Of a stretch of DNA of 64,000 nucleotides, positions 53,380 to 64,000 are shown piece after piece (position 1 is the stretch's first letter; each line of letters starts with the position of its first letter). Origin of the DNA: an uncultured delta proteobacterium (GTDB taxonomy: Bacteria > Desulfobacterota > Syntrophorhabdia > Syntrophorhabdales > WCHB1-27); the NCBI GenBank assembly GCA_963821605.1, contig CAWGEZ010000012.1, forward strand, positions 725 through 64,724. The letters are read 5' to 3'. Made by a program: the position numbers and the translations under genes. Below the pieces are notes generated by a model that saw nothing but the letters and a program-made list of their open reading frames with translations, had not been told where the DNA came from and did no database searches.

Positions 53380-55621
53380 GTGAAGAAGGAAAAAACAGTA
53401 TCCTCCGGTAACCGGACGGGCAACAAACAGAGACAGGGGCAAAAGAGAGACCCGCTCGCCGAGCGGGTCCGTAAGCTGCTTTCAGAAGAGCCTGCGCCCC
53501 TATTGCCGGATGACGGTCGAGGCCGCTGACGATTTTGACGTCTACCAGATCGAATTAAAATTGCAGCATGAAGCACTCCGTGTGGCGGATAAAAAAATCC
53601 GCGAGGCCCACGCCAGGTATGTTGACCTCTACGATTTCGCCCCTGTAGGCTACTTCACTTTTGACCGGGACGGGTTGGTTAAAGAGGCCAACTATACTGC
53701 TGCAAGTCTGCTCGGGTACGACGTAAGTTCTCTCGATTAGTAAACCATTCGGGGCTCATATCACAGCCCGGTACGTGGATGCATTCCGCCTCCATATAGA
53801 GGGGGTTTTTAAGAACGGCGGAAACCGGGTCGACGAGCTAGAGCTTAAGAGGAAGGACGGGAGCACCTTCTACGCCTCGATGGCCAGCGCACCCGTGAAG
53901 GACGCCAATGGAACAATCATTGAGTGCAGATCGGCCGTCATTGATATCACCGAGCACAAACAGATGGAGTTGGCACTTGCAGAAAGTGAGGAACGGCTAA
54001 AGCTGGCACTGGAGGCATCACAGCAGGCCGTATGGGACTGGAATCTTGTAACAGGCGTTGTTGAATGGTCGGAGAGAGCTAAGACACTTTTTGGTTTTGA
54101 GCCGGACGCCGAGGTGACCTACGATCGGTTCCTCCGAAAGGGTGCAACCCGATGACCTGGATCGCATGCGCAGCGGGGTTATGAAGGCTATTGAACAAAA
54201 ACAGGAGTACGATGACGAGATAAGAGTCGTCTGGCTCGATGGCAGCGCACACTGGTTGACGGCGAAGGGGCGGGTCTTTTTCGACGAGAATGGTAAGCCG
54301 GTCCGTATGGTCGGTGTCGGTAGTGACGTAACCGAGCGGAAGCAAATGGAGGCAGCCCTTCGCGAGGCCCATGATGAATTGGAACTAAGGGTGCAGGAGC
54401 GGACAGCCCAGTTGAGCACGGCCTACGAGGTTCTGCGGGCGGAGATGCAGGAGCGGCAGCGCATCGAACAGCAACTCCGGGAGTCCCAGAAGATGGAGGC
54501 CATAGGAACGCTCGCCGGCGGCATCGCCCATGACTTCAATAACATCCTTGCGGCCATTATCGGTTTTACCGAGATGGTGATAGATGACGTTTCAGATAGA
54601 ACAGACGTGCAGCGGAAGATGGAGCAGGTACTTAAGGCGGGCCTGAGGGGAAGGGAACTCGTGAGACAGATCCTTACGTTCAGCCGCAAATCTCAAGCGG
54701 AATACAGAGTGGTGACCCTGAGCCCGCTTATCAGGGAGACATTCAGACTGCTCAGGGCGTCGCTACCGACGAGTATCAGCATGAGCCTTAACCTGGAAAC
54801 TGACACAGATGCGGTTTATGCAGACCCGTCGCAGATTCAGCAGGTGCTGATGAACCTCTGCACAAACGCCGCGTACGCGATGCGCGAAGCCGGGGGGAAA
54901 CTTGAGATCTCCCTCGGACGCATCACGCTGGGTCCGGGTGATCCTCTACCCGAAGCAGATACGCCGCCGGGAGATTATGTGGTGATCTCGGTAAGGGACA
55001 CCGGGGTAGGCATGGATGAAGCAGTCAAAGAGCGCATATTCGAGCCCTTTTTTACGACAAAACCGCGTGAACACGCATCTGGCCTTGGGCTATCGGTGGT
55101 TTATGGTATCGTGAAAAGCCACAAAGGCAGTATCATGGTTCTGAGCGAACCCGGTAAGGGTTCAGTTTTCAGGGTTTTCCTTCCGAAGAGCCGACATAGT
55201 CGAATCCAGTCAAGAGGAAGCATCCGGACTCGTCCCACACGGAAGCCAGAGAATCCTGTTCATAGATGACGAGGAGATATTAGCGGAGATGGGGCGGTCC
55301 ATGTTGGAACGCATCGGATACAGCGTTGTCGTGCAAACGGATAGCACCGAGGCCCTGCGGGATTTTGCGAAGCATCCTGACAAGTTCGACCTGGTCATCA
55401 CGGACCAGACCATGCCTAAAATGACCGGCGTGGCCCTGGCTGAAAAACTCCTGCAGATACGGCCCGATATCCCGATCATTCTTTGTACCGGATATAGTGA
55501 CCTCGTCTCTGAAGAAACGGTCAGGGCGAAGGGTATCCGGCAACTCGTGATGAAGCCCCTCGCCAGGAAGGAAATGGTGGAAGTGATACGGCGGGTGCTG
55601 GAGGGAAAAGAGCCTGTCTGA
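53380..55621 (+). CDS. PAS-domain hybrid histidine kinase with receiver (frameshifted)
   Basis: DLYDFAPVGY, LAGGIAHDFNN, FEPFFTTK, LVITDQTMP. Confidence 0.9.
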
Positions 55622-55906
55622 CAAAGGCAGGTCTGTCTAGTCTATTCGGTCATTTCGTCTATCGGGTCCATCTGGCCCGTCTTGTTTATCTTGCTTGTCC
55701 AGTCAATCTATCTCCTTCTCGCATTCGTCTTCGGGCAACACCTCGGACCTCATATGGTATATAATTACGCAAAAAAGGTCGGGGGTCAGGGTAAGCAAGA
55801 GGCGTGACACGTGACGGAAGACGAAGATGAGGATGACACATTGAACCAACACGATAGACCACATGGACTAGATAGACTAAATAGACTAGATAGACTAAAT
55901 GGACCA

Positions 55907-57556
55907 ATGGCGCTGCATCTTATTCTGCTGGTTGTCGCAATTCTGCCCCTTTTTGCCCTCGGTCTTTCTAACCACGGGCTCTGGACGGCGGATGAGCCCA
56001 GGGTCGCGGAAATCGGCAGGGAAATGGCGATCTCGGGAGACTGGGCGGTCCCGACGTTAAACAAGAAACCTTTTTTGGAGGAGCCACCGCTCTATTACGC
56101 ATCCCTGGCTGTGATCTTCAGGTTGTTCGGAGGCGCGTCGGACAAGGTGGCAAGAATCCCGTCCGCCCTGTTCGCGTTTGGAGGCGTTGTTGCCCTGTTC
56201 TTTCTGGCATCCATGCTCTTTGGCCCAAGAGTGGGCTTTCTGTCGGGTTTCATACTGGCCACGTGTGGCGAATACTTCCGGGTGGCCCACTGGCTCGTGG
56301 TGGACAGCGCGCTGGCCTGTTTTGTGATTGTGGCTATGGCCTTTTTCATGGCCGGGTACCGCTCTGACGGGCCGGGGAAAAGGCTTCTGTTCTATATTCT
56401 CTGCTATGTCTCTTGCACACTTGCTTTTTACTCTAAGGGTTTCATAGGGGTTGTCATTCCAGGCCTCGGGGTGCTTGCTTTCATCATCTGTGACAGGAAT
56501 CTCAAGGAACTGCTCAGGATGAGGCTCTGGCTCGGTGCACTCGTATTTGTCTTGATGGCACTGCCGTGGTTTGTGGCGCTCTGGTACCAGGGCGGGACAG
56601 AGCACCTCAGGGTCTACGTCGTCTATAATCACCTTCAGCGATTCCTATCCGGCGGTACGTCGGGCCATCACCAGCCCCTCTATTATTATCTCACAGAATT
56701 TCCCATCGGCTTTCTCCCCTGGGGCCTGTTGCTCGTGCCGGTTGTCTATTTTTGCATTGAGCGACCAAGGAAGGAATCGGCTGGATACCAAAAGGGCCTC
56801 CTGTTCGCGGGATGCTGGTTCCTCACAGGATTTGTTTTTCTGAGTCTCGCGTCAACCAAGAGGACGCTCTATCTGATGCCGATTTTCGCCCCGATAGCCA
56901 TGCTGACCGCTTCATACATCGACGCTACCTTAGAATCTCGAACTTTTCATAAGGTGGAAAAAGTTTTCCTGTGGATTTTCGGTTGCGTTCCCTTGCTGAT
57001 CGGCCTCATGTGCGTACCGCTTTATCTTTATGCTTCCAGGCTCTACGCGATAGGCCCATCGTGGAAGTTGCTTGCATCTGTGGTTGCTGTTTCAGTGTTG
57101 GCAGTGCTGTTCTCTCTTCTCTCGCTCCGTTTTCTTGCCACACGTGAAACAGCGCGCTTCTGGGTATTTTCCAGCGCAGCGATATACTCCTTTCTGGTAT
57201 TTGCCCTCGTTATAGTTGTGCCTTTGTTGGATCGGTACAAAAGTCTCGTGCCTTTCTGCCAGCAGGTAAAGAGCGTGGTCGCGACGGATGTGGCGCTCTA
57301 TGCGTACCAGCCTGACGAGACCTTAAGGGGTGCTCTGCCGTTCTATACGGGATATCATCCGAAGGAATTAGAGGACCTCAAGGGTCTTGAGGATGTTCTT
57401 GCGGGCGGAAGCCAGGTCTATGTTGCGATCCGGGACAGCCGTCAGCGTCTGGAAAAGGAGCTGCTTTCAACAGGCAGGCTCATGGTGCTCCGTCGCCAGG
57501 ATATGGGCACCGATCGATCCCTCGTGCTGCTCACCAACAAGCCCAGCATACGTTGA
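55907..57556 (+). CDS. ArnT/GT-C family glycosyltransferase
   Basis: DEPRVAE, FLEEPPLYY, KRTLYLMP; multi-TM. Confidence 0.9.
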   Translation: MALHLILLVVAILPLFALGLSNHGLWTADEPRVAEIGREMAISGDWAVPTLNKKPFLEEPPLYYASLAVIFRLFGGASDKVARIPSALFAFGGVVALFFLASMLFGPRVGFLSGFILATCGEYFRVAHWLVVDSALACFVIVAMAFFMAGYRSDGPGKRLLFYILCYVSCTLAFYSKGFIGVVIPGLGVLAFIICDRNLKELLRMRLWLGALVFVLMALPWFVALWYQGGTEHLRVYVVYNHLQRFLSGGTSGHHQPLYYYLTEFPIGFLPWGLLLVPVVYFCIERPRKESAGYQKGLLFAGCWFLTGFVFLSLASTKRTLYLMPIFAPIAMLTASYIDATLESRTFHKVEKVFLWIFGCVPLLIGLMCVPLYLYASRLYAIGPSWKLLASVVAVSVLAVLFSLLSLRFLATRETARFWVFSSAAIYSFLVFALVIVVPLLDRYKSLVPFCQQVKSVVATDVALYAYQPDETLRGALPFYTGYHPKELEDLKGLEDVLAGGSQVYVAIRDSRQRLEKELLSTGRLMVLRRQDMGTDRSLVLLTNKPSIR

Positions 57557-57714
57557 TACGTGACTGCAGAGGGCGGTTGATATGCTGATACGTTACACGT
57601 TGATATGGAACGGCGGAAGACGGCTGATTGCCACCATATGAAGTTCTGACGTGTCAACCTATCAACGTGTCCCGATCAACGTTTCAACGAATAGTCGACG
57701 CGATCAGACCCTTG

Positions 57715-59637
57715 CTACGCGCCCTGTCCCGGTGGCAGCCTGGCCGCGCTCTTGAGCATGAGCCGGGCAACTGTTCTGGCCAGCGCCACAGGATCCTTGG
57801 GCTTGGAGCCCTCCAGGAGGAGCGCCTGGTCGTAAAGCAGCCCGATGTATTCATCGAGAAGAGGGCTCTTCTTGTCCTTCTCAAAGATGCCGTTCATCAT
57901 CTCGAAGAGCGGGTGCTCCGGATTTATCTCGAGAATTCTCTTGCCGCCGGGGACCTCCTGTCCCATGGCCCGTAATATCTTTTCTGTCTGCGGATCGAGA
58001 TCGCCCGTATCGGTCACGAGGCAGCAAGGAGAATCCTTGAGTCTTCCCGAGAGGCGTACGTCTTTCACGTCATCTTTCAGCTTGTCTTTGATGAGGTCGA
58101 GGAGTTTTGTGTACTTCTGCTTGGTCTTTTCCTTCTCACCGGCCTCACCTTTCAGGTCGATGTCGCCGCGGCTTACCGATTTCAGGTGTTTTCCCTTGTA
58201 TTCGAGGCCGCCCATAACCACGTCATCGATCTCATCGAGCATGATGAGCACCTCGTAATCGTTGTCTCTAAAGGCCTCAAGATAAGGGCTCTTAAGCGCC
58301 TCTTCCAGAGAAGTGCCGGTGATATAGTAGATCTCTTTCTGATCTTCTTTCATGCTCTCCACGTACTTCTGAAAGGTTGTAAAAGCATCCTTTTCCGTCT
58401 TTGTTGACGGAAGGAGAAGAAGGTCGGCTATGGTCTCTCTTTTTGCAACGTCAAAATAAATGCCCTCTTTGACGATTCTGCCGAATTCCTTGTAAAACTT
58501 GACATACGTTTCGTAGTCGCCTTCTTTCATCTCAGCGAGCGTATCGAGCACCTTTTTCGTGACGTTGGTCTTGATGATCTCTATCTGGCGATTTTGCTGC
58601 AGCAATTCCCTGGAGACGTTGAGCGGCAGATCCGACGAGTCGACCACGCCTCTGATGAACCGCAGGTAGACCGGAATGAGCGCTTCACAGTTTTCCATGA
58701 TCTGCACCCTGTTGACGTAGAGCATGGGGCCGATCTTGTAATCCCGGTAGAGAATGTTGAGGGGGGCGTGTGATGGAATGTACAGCAGCGCGCTGAACTC
58801 GGACGTACCTTCGGCCCTGTAGTGGATCACGGTAAGCGGCTCTGCGAAGTCGTGAGAGACATGGCGATAGAACTCGTTGTACTCCTCCTTTGATATCTCT
58901 GACTTGTCGCGTAGCCACAGGGCTTTTCGCGAGTTTAACGTTTGCTCTTCCTTGACCTTCACCGTTTTGGTCTTATCGATGGTGCTTGGTTTGTCCCGTT
59001 CTACATCCATAACGATGGGGTGCTCGATGAAGTCAGAATACTTGGCGACTACGTCCCTGATCTCCCACTCGTTGAGATATGTCTTGTCTTCGTCTCTGAG
59101 ATAGAGCGTTACGTCAGTTCCTTTCGTGGCCTTCTCGACCTCTTCTACGCTGAAAGAACCCTCGCCGGCCGATTCCCATTTCACGCCGGCTTTGCCCTTT
59201 TGCCCTGCGCGCCTCGAGGTTACAACAATCCTGTCCGCAACCATGAAGGATGCATAGAACCCGACGCCGAACTGGCCTATAAGGTCAGGGTTGTCCTTCA
59301 GGTTCTTTTCCTGGAGCGCCTTGAGGAACTCCCGTGTCCCGGAGCGGGCGATGGTGCCTAGCGCCTCAACAGCCTCTTCCTTCGTCATGCCTATGCCGTT
59401 GTCGCTCACGGTCAGCGTGCCGGCATCTTTATCAGCGGTTATTCTGATCTTCCACTCCCCGTCATCCTCCTGAATATCCTTGTCGGTGAGAGATTCATAA
59501 CGTGCGCGGTCAATCGCGTCGGATGCGTTGGAGATCAGTTCCCGCAGGAAGACCTCCTTATGTGAATAAAGAGAGTGGATAACCAGATTGAGTAGCTGCT
59601 TGGCTTCGGCCTTGAATTCCAATGTTTCCGGACTCAT
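57715..59637 (-). CDS. htpG: Chaperone HtpG (Hsp90)
   Basis: YSHKEVFLRELISNASDA, IGQFGVGFY, LPLNVSRE. Confidence 0.97.
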   Translation of the reverse strand: MSPETLEFKAEAKQLLNLVIHSLYSHKEVFLRELISNASDAIDRARYESLTDKDIQEDDGEWKIRITADKDAGTLTVSDNGIGMTKEEAVEALGTIARSGTREFLKALQEKNLKDNPDLIGQFGVGFYASFMVADRIVVTSRRAGQKGKAGVKWESAGEGSFSVEEVEKATKGTDVTLYLRDEDKTYLNEWEIRDVVAKYSDFIEHPIVMDVERDKPSTIDKTKTVKVKEEQTLNSRKALWLRDKSEISKEEYNEFYRHVSHDFAEPLTVIHYRAEGTSEFSALLYIPSHAPLNILYRDYKIGPMLYVNRVQIMENCEALIPVYLRFIRGVVDSSDLPLNVSRELLQQNRQIEIIKTNVTKKVLDTLAEMKEGDYETYVKFYKEFGRIVKEGIYFDVAKRETIADLLLLPSTKTEKDAFTTFQKYVESMKEDQKEIYYITGTSLEEALKSPYLEAFRDNDYEVLIMLDEIDDVVMGGLEYKGKHLKSVSRGDIDLKGEAGEKEKTKQKYTKLLDLIKDKLKDDVKDVRLSGRLKDSPCCLVTDTGDLDPQTEKILRAMGQEVPGGKRILEINPEHPLFEMMNGIFEKDKKSPLLDEYIGLLYDQALLLEGSKPKDPVALARTVARLMLKSAARLPPGQGA

Positions 59638-59743
59638 GTTGTTTCCCTCCATCAGAGATAATTACGATGCGAAACCGAATGATACGGCTGTTTCAGAGAA
59701 TAATATAATGCGAGTCGAACGAGCAGGCAAGAGGGTGGTGGAC

Positions 59744-60537
59744 TCAGCCCGCCGTCAGCGCTTCAAGATAATTTCTTATCCTTCGCGCATTCGTACCGAG
59801 GTCGCTTTTTCCTACCCGTGAGACAGAGCGCACGTCTATTACTGAGGCTTGTAGTCGCTGCGCTGCTACCGTCCAGTGCCGGCCTGATCCTGATGACAAT
59901 ATCGTCCTTGAAGCGAAACCATCGAGTCGTGTCTGTAGCCTCAATCCGACCATCCTGCACGCTGGCGTCTACGATGGTCCAGCCCATTTCCCGGGCTGCT
60001 TCGAGTGCCTGGTCAAAGGCCTTATCCGGCTTCAAAGGCAGCACAGCAGGGGCTATGTCAGGATAAGCGGTCTGCTGCAGCGCAGCAACAGGACGCTCCT
60101 TCATACAGATAGGAGTTTGGAGCATTCTTTCGTAACGGGATGACCGCGACGAACTGCGGCGGATGTTCTGTGTCGGTCGTAATATCATGTATGGGCGGAA
60201 CGAGTTGCGCCAGGCGATAGTACGACCAGGGGACGGCGACCAGAGTGAGGCCGATCAGGATACCGCAAATCGACACGATACCTGACACCCACTTCGTGGT
60301 TATGCCGCGGCGCCTGGTTTTTGCCGGTTTGACGAGCAGGCTTGAGACGGCACCTGCAGCAGAGAGGCCCACAGCCATGAATGCGAGATAGCAGGCATAG
60401 CGGAGGATCAAAAAGCCGGTGCGGAAGGACCACCAATCCCAGCCGCTCCCGAAAGCGGATACGGCTGCCACAAGCGCTGTAACAATGGCCAGTGCACATC
60501 CCGCATATCCGGCGTATATGAATGGCGATCTTTTCAT
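59744..60537 (-). CDS. DUF1499 family protein (frameshifted)
   Basis: PPIHDITTD, FRFKDDIVIRI, RSVSRVGKSDLGTNARRI. Confidence 0.88.
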
Positions 60538-60721
60538 CTTCCCGCTTCTGCAGGGACACCCGCACGCAGATAATCGGTCACCCCTCGTCTCAACTTTAAT
60601 CACGTTTTAGCGACTTGTCTGCCGCAGCTTTGGATAAATCAACCGAAACTTTCCCTTGACAGGAGAACGGACGAGATGATTTTTATGCGGGAGAAAAGAG
60701 TTCTTAAAAAAGGAGAACGAG

Positions 60722-61510
60722 ATGAGCGAACCCCATGTACTTTACAACGCTCAACGCGAGGTTGCGACAATCACGCTCAACAGACCCGAGGCCAGGAACG
60801 CCTTCAGCCCGGGCATGATCACGTTGTGGCGGGAGTTTCTTGAGAAGGCAAAGGCGGACGATGCAGTACGCGCGATCATCATCACCGGTAAAGGCGATAC
60901 CTTTTGCTCAGGCGGCGATATACGGGAGATGGCCGAGGGAAAGCTCAAGTCGTGGAACATGAAGAACTATCTGTGGGAAGGCGTTCATCGCATCGTACTG
61001 ACCATGGAAGACCTGGACAAGCCCGTGATTGCGGCTATCAACGGTGCTGCAATGGGAGCGGGGCTGGACATGGCTCTCATGTGCGATCTCAGGGTCTGTT
61101 CCGATAAAGCAAAGCTGGCTGAATCCTATGTCATGATGGGGCTCGTGCCCGGGGACGGAGGAGCTTATTTCCTGCCCCGTGTCGTGGGCCTACCCAAGGC
61201 GCTGGAGCTCCTGCTGACGGGTGATGTACTAGGTGCTGACGAAGCCTTGAGGATTGGACTTGTCAATACGGTTGTGCCCCACGAACGTCTGGTGGAGGAA
61301 GCCACGGTCCTCGCGGGGAAGATTGCGAGTCGGCCGCCTCTGGCCATCCGCATGATGAAACGGGCGGTTTATCAGGGTCTGGCGAGCAGTCTGCGTGCCC
61401 ATCTCGACTACGTGTCATCACAGCTTGCGCTTCTCTCTGAAACGGAGGATCATCAGGAAGCAGTACGCTCCTTCCTGGAGAAACGCAAGCCGTTATTCCA
61501 AGGCAAATAG
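60722..61510 (+). CDS. Enoyl-CoA hydratase/isomerase
   Basis: FCSGGD, KPVIAAINGAAMGAG. Confidence 0.93.
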   Translation: MSEPHVLYNAQREVATITLNRPEARNAFSPGMITLWREFLEKAKADDAVRAIIITGKGDTFCSGGDIREMAEGKLKSWNMKNYLWEGVHRIVLTMEDLDKPVIAAINGAAMGAGLDMALMCDLRVCSDKAKLAESYVMMGLVPGDGGAYFLPRVVGLPKALELLLTGDVLGADEALRIGLVNTVVPHERLVEEATVLAGKIASRPPLAIRMMKRAVYQGLASSLRAHLDYVSSQLALLSETEDHQEAVRSFLEKRKPLFQGK

Positions 61511-61770
61511 GAGAATTATCTCACGCCCTGTAGGATTTCGTTGACACGTTGATAGTTGATACGTGTAAGAAACCGTTGACGCGTTATACGTTGACACGTT
61601 GATACGTGACAAACCGTGGATGCGCCTCTCGTCCGTCCATCAACGTATAATCAGCCAACGTATCAACGTCTTTTGACTTCTTCGTTGCGCTTGACATCCA
61701 ATGAGCAAACGTCTAAGTTTTACAGGACTTGACAAGAGTCTGAAGAGAAAAGCAAGCGGGGAGTGAATCT

Positions 61771-62121
61771 ATGGTTCGAGCGAAATTATGGTTTCGATGT
61801 GCGGCGATGCATGACCCGGTCACGCCGATGATGGCGAAACCCGGGCTGATTGGTTGGGAAGCAAAAAAACGACGCGTGGACCTCACCATTGAGCGCGCCT
61901 TCAGCGGCGAGGAGCTGGTGAAGCGCATGAAGGGCTGGGTCACGACCGACCCGGCGCAGGTTATAGATGTCGTGAAGAAGTACGGAAGGCTGAGAGTGCT
62001 CGATGACCGGGAGCTGGTGATAGAAATCGAGCAGCCTGAGGGCTTCGATAGCTTGCAGCAGGCGCTGAGTGAGGCTTTTCACGGTGAAGTCGATATAGAG
62101 CCTGTTAAGAAGAAAAGTTAA
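61771..62121 (+). CDS. Hypothetical protein
   Basis: GGGGAG RBS; co-oriented with the nitroreductase gene. Confidence 0.7.
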   Translation: MVRAKLWFRCAAMHDPVTPMMAKPGLIGWEAKKRRVDLTIERAFSGEELVKRMKGWVTTDPAQVIDVVKKYGRLRVLDDRELVIEIEQPEGFDSLQQALSEAFHGEVDIEPVKKKS

Positions 62122-62141
62122 GATACTTAAGGAGCCATGGC

Positions 62142-62795
62142 ATGGACGTTGTGCAGGCCATCAAAGAAAGAAGAAGCATACGGGCGTTTAAGTCTGATCC
62201 GGTCCCGCGGGAGAAGGTTGAAGAAGTGCTGAGGATGGCTGCGCAAGCACCCTCCGCGATCAATCTCCAGCCGTGGGAGTTCACGGTTGTTGCGGGCGAG
62301 GAACGCGAACGATTGAGCCGCAGGCTCATGAAGGCGTACAAGGAAAAACAGATCGCGTGTGCCCCCGGGAATGTCAAACCACTCTCGTCGGAAGTGATCG
62401 CGCGGGGCGTGCAGGCAGCGGAAGGCATGAAGCCGCACCTCAGCGAGATGGGCATCGAATTCAATCGCTTCGTCAATGAGGGGAGCTGCAATTTCTACGG
62501 CGCTCCTGTGGCAATCATTCTCTGTATAGACAAAGCCTTCTCACAGAATAATTACGTTGATATCGGGATCACGCTGGGCTACCTCCTATTGGCTGCCCAC
62601 AGCGCCGGGCTCTGGACGTGCCCGATCGGCCTTATCACCGCCTACGGAGAGGAGATCAAGGACGAGCTGGGCATTCCGGACAACAAGAGTGTGGTCATTG
62701 GTGTGGCATTAGGCTCCCCTGACTGGGATGCCCCCATCAACCGTTTCAAATCGTCACGCGAGACGCTCGATACCTTTGTAAGGTGGATTGATTAA
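62142..62795 (+). CDS. Nitroreductase family protein
   Basis: RRSIRAF, APSAINLQPW. Confidence 0.92.
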   Translation: MDVVQAIKERRSIRAFKSDPVPREKVEEVLRMAAQAPSAINLQPWEFTVVAGEERERLSRRLMKAYKEKQIACAPGNVKPLSSEVIARGVQAAEGMKPHLSEMGIEFNRFVNEGSCNFYGAPVAIILCIDKAFSQNNYVDIGITLGYLLLAAHSAGLWTCPIGLITAYGEEIKDELGIPDNKSVVIGVALGSPDWDAPINRFKSSRETLDTFVRWID

Positions 62796-62926
62796 GAAGA
62801 CCCGTTACAGGTTACGAGTTGCGGGTTACGGGTTCGAAGAACGATAAAGACAGGACTGGCCGAAAATACCGGTTACCACGTATCAACGTATAATCAATCA
62901 ACGTGTCAACGGTTGTTGCCTGTTCC

Positions 62927-64000
62927 TCACAGATTCAGTTTTGCGCGGAGCAGATCGCCCAGGTTTCCCAGGCTGCCTGAGGCCCGCTCCTGGCTCTTCG
63001 CTGAGTCCTGATACTGCTTGAATTCTTCCTGAGCGACCTTTTCCTCAAGGCCTACCCGGCTCAGGGAGATCCTGCCTTTCTCCATGTCGACCGCTTTGAC
63101 CAGCACTTGCATCCGCGTGCCTTCGGGGAACATGCGGCTGTGGTTGGTGCCCTTTGGTGTCCCTATCTCCGGATTCGGCAGAAGGCCTGTGGGGCCGGTA
63201 TCCAGTTTGATGAAGATACCGAAAGACATGACCCTGTCTACGGCACCTTCGAGTACGTCGCCCACCTCAGGAAGGACCACCGCTTCTTTGGGCACCCTCG
63301 GCTGCAATGAGAGCGAGATTCGCCTGCTCGCGGGATCAACAGCGGTAACATAGGCCTCTACCCACTGGCCTACCTCAACAACGTCTTTCGGGTGACGGAT
63401 GCGCCTGCCACCGCCAAGGGCTGATATGTGAATGAGCCCATCAATACCTTGTTCCAGATTCACAAAGGCCCCGAATTGGGCGAGGCGTACGACAACCCCG
63501 CGCACCTGGTCATCCACGTGGTAGCGGTCGGCTAAGGTCTCCCAGGGGTCGGCCTGCAGAGCCTTGAGGCTCAGGGTCAGCCGCCCTCTTGCCCAGTCTA
63601 TGCCGATGATCTTGACCTGTACTTCCTGTCCGGGTGAAAGCAGGTCTTCAGGCTTTTCAGTACGGCCCCAGGCCATCTCGCTAATCGGTATAAGGCCGTC
63701 AACGCCGCCGAGGTCAACGAAAGCCCCGAAACTCTGGACCGAACGCACCGTGCCCGTCAGTTCCGTTCCTACGGCGAGAGTGGCCTTGAGGCTCTCGAGC
63801 TCCGCCTCTTTCTGCTCTTCAAGAAGCGCGCGCCTGGAGAGAATGACATTCTGGCCATCTTCCTCATACTCCAGGACTTTAAAGGGAAAGGTCTGGCCCA
63901 CATACGAGCCACTGTCGCGACTGCCCTTCAGGTCTATCTGTGAGAGCGGGCAGAAGCAGCGCACACCTCCGACCGAGACCTCGAAACCGCCTTTTACTTC
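62927..64000 (-). CDS. rpsA: 30S ribosomal protein S1-like protein (5' part outside window)
   Basis: Repeated S1 domains (FGAFVDLGGVDGLI, GIDGLIHIS). Confidence 0.85.
   Translation of the reverse strand, partial: EVKGGFEVSVGGVRCFCPLSQIDLKGSRDSGSYVGQTFPFKVLEYEEDGQNVILSRRALLEEQKEAELESLKATLAVGTELTGTVRSVQSFGAFVDLGGVDGLIPISEMAWGRTEKPEDLLSPGQEVQVKIIGIDWARGRLTLSLKALQADPWETLADRYHVDDQVRGVVVRLAQFGAFVNLEQGIDGLIHISALGGGRRIRHPKDVVEVGQWVEAYVTAVDPASRRISLSLQPRVPKEAVVLPEVGDVLEGAVDRVMSFGIFIKLDTGPTGLLPNPEIGTPKGTNHSRMFPEGTRMQVLVKAVDMEKGRISLSRVGLEEKVAQEEFKQYQDSAKSQERASGSLGNLGDLLRAKLNL

Noticed and set aside
55811-55906. N-terminal LDRLNRLDRLN extension of the ArnT-like ORF
   Set aside because: It is the translation of an intergenic short-unit repeat; the real start is probably ATG 55907.

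Overview
This is a chromosomal window from an anaerobic bacterium, probably Deltaproteobacteria/Desulfobacterota-like (inferred from gene content, not proven). Many genes carry single-base frameshifts that look like long-read assembly errors. Left end (1-3.9 kb): a scrambled defence island. A ~485-bp direct repeat (DUF3800-like gene 3' end, a structured RNA with a convergent promoter, and a type III Res-subunit remnant) brackets a darTG pair whose toxin is 5'-truncated, followed by a Fic gene. Next come a GntR-led padEFGHI-like 2-oxoacid oxidoreductase operon and housekeeping or transport genes (csp, murJ, rpoS-like sigma, pcm, proC, exbBD-tonB, trmI, AsmA-like, glycerate kinase, MscS, FKBP, ABC exporter, htpG, S1 protein). 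The most unusual locus is 41.9-45.9 kb. An integrase-less array of attC gene cassettes with correctly chained core sites runs into a RAYT (HUH/Y1) transposase gene. That gene is bracketed by 37-bp inverted repeats containing the core site expected for the last cassette and is followed by nested duplications of its right end. Also present: two dispersed MITE/REP-like families often abutting stop codons, inverted short-unit repeat tracts, a 39-bp att-like duplication around the AsmA gene, a candidate sRNA and a large secreted protein with a nucleotidyltransferase-like motif.
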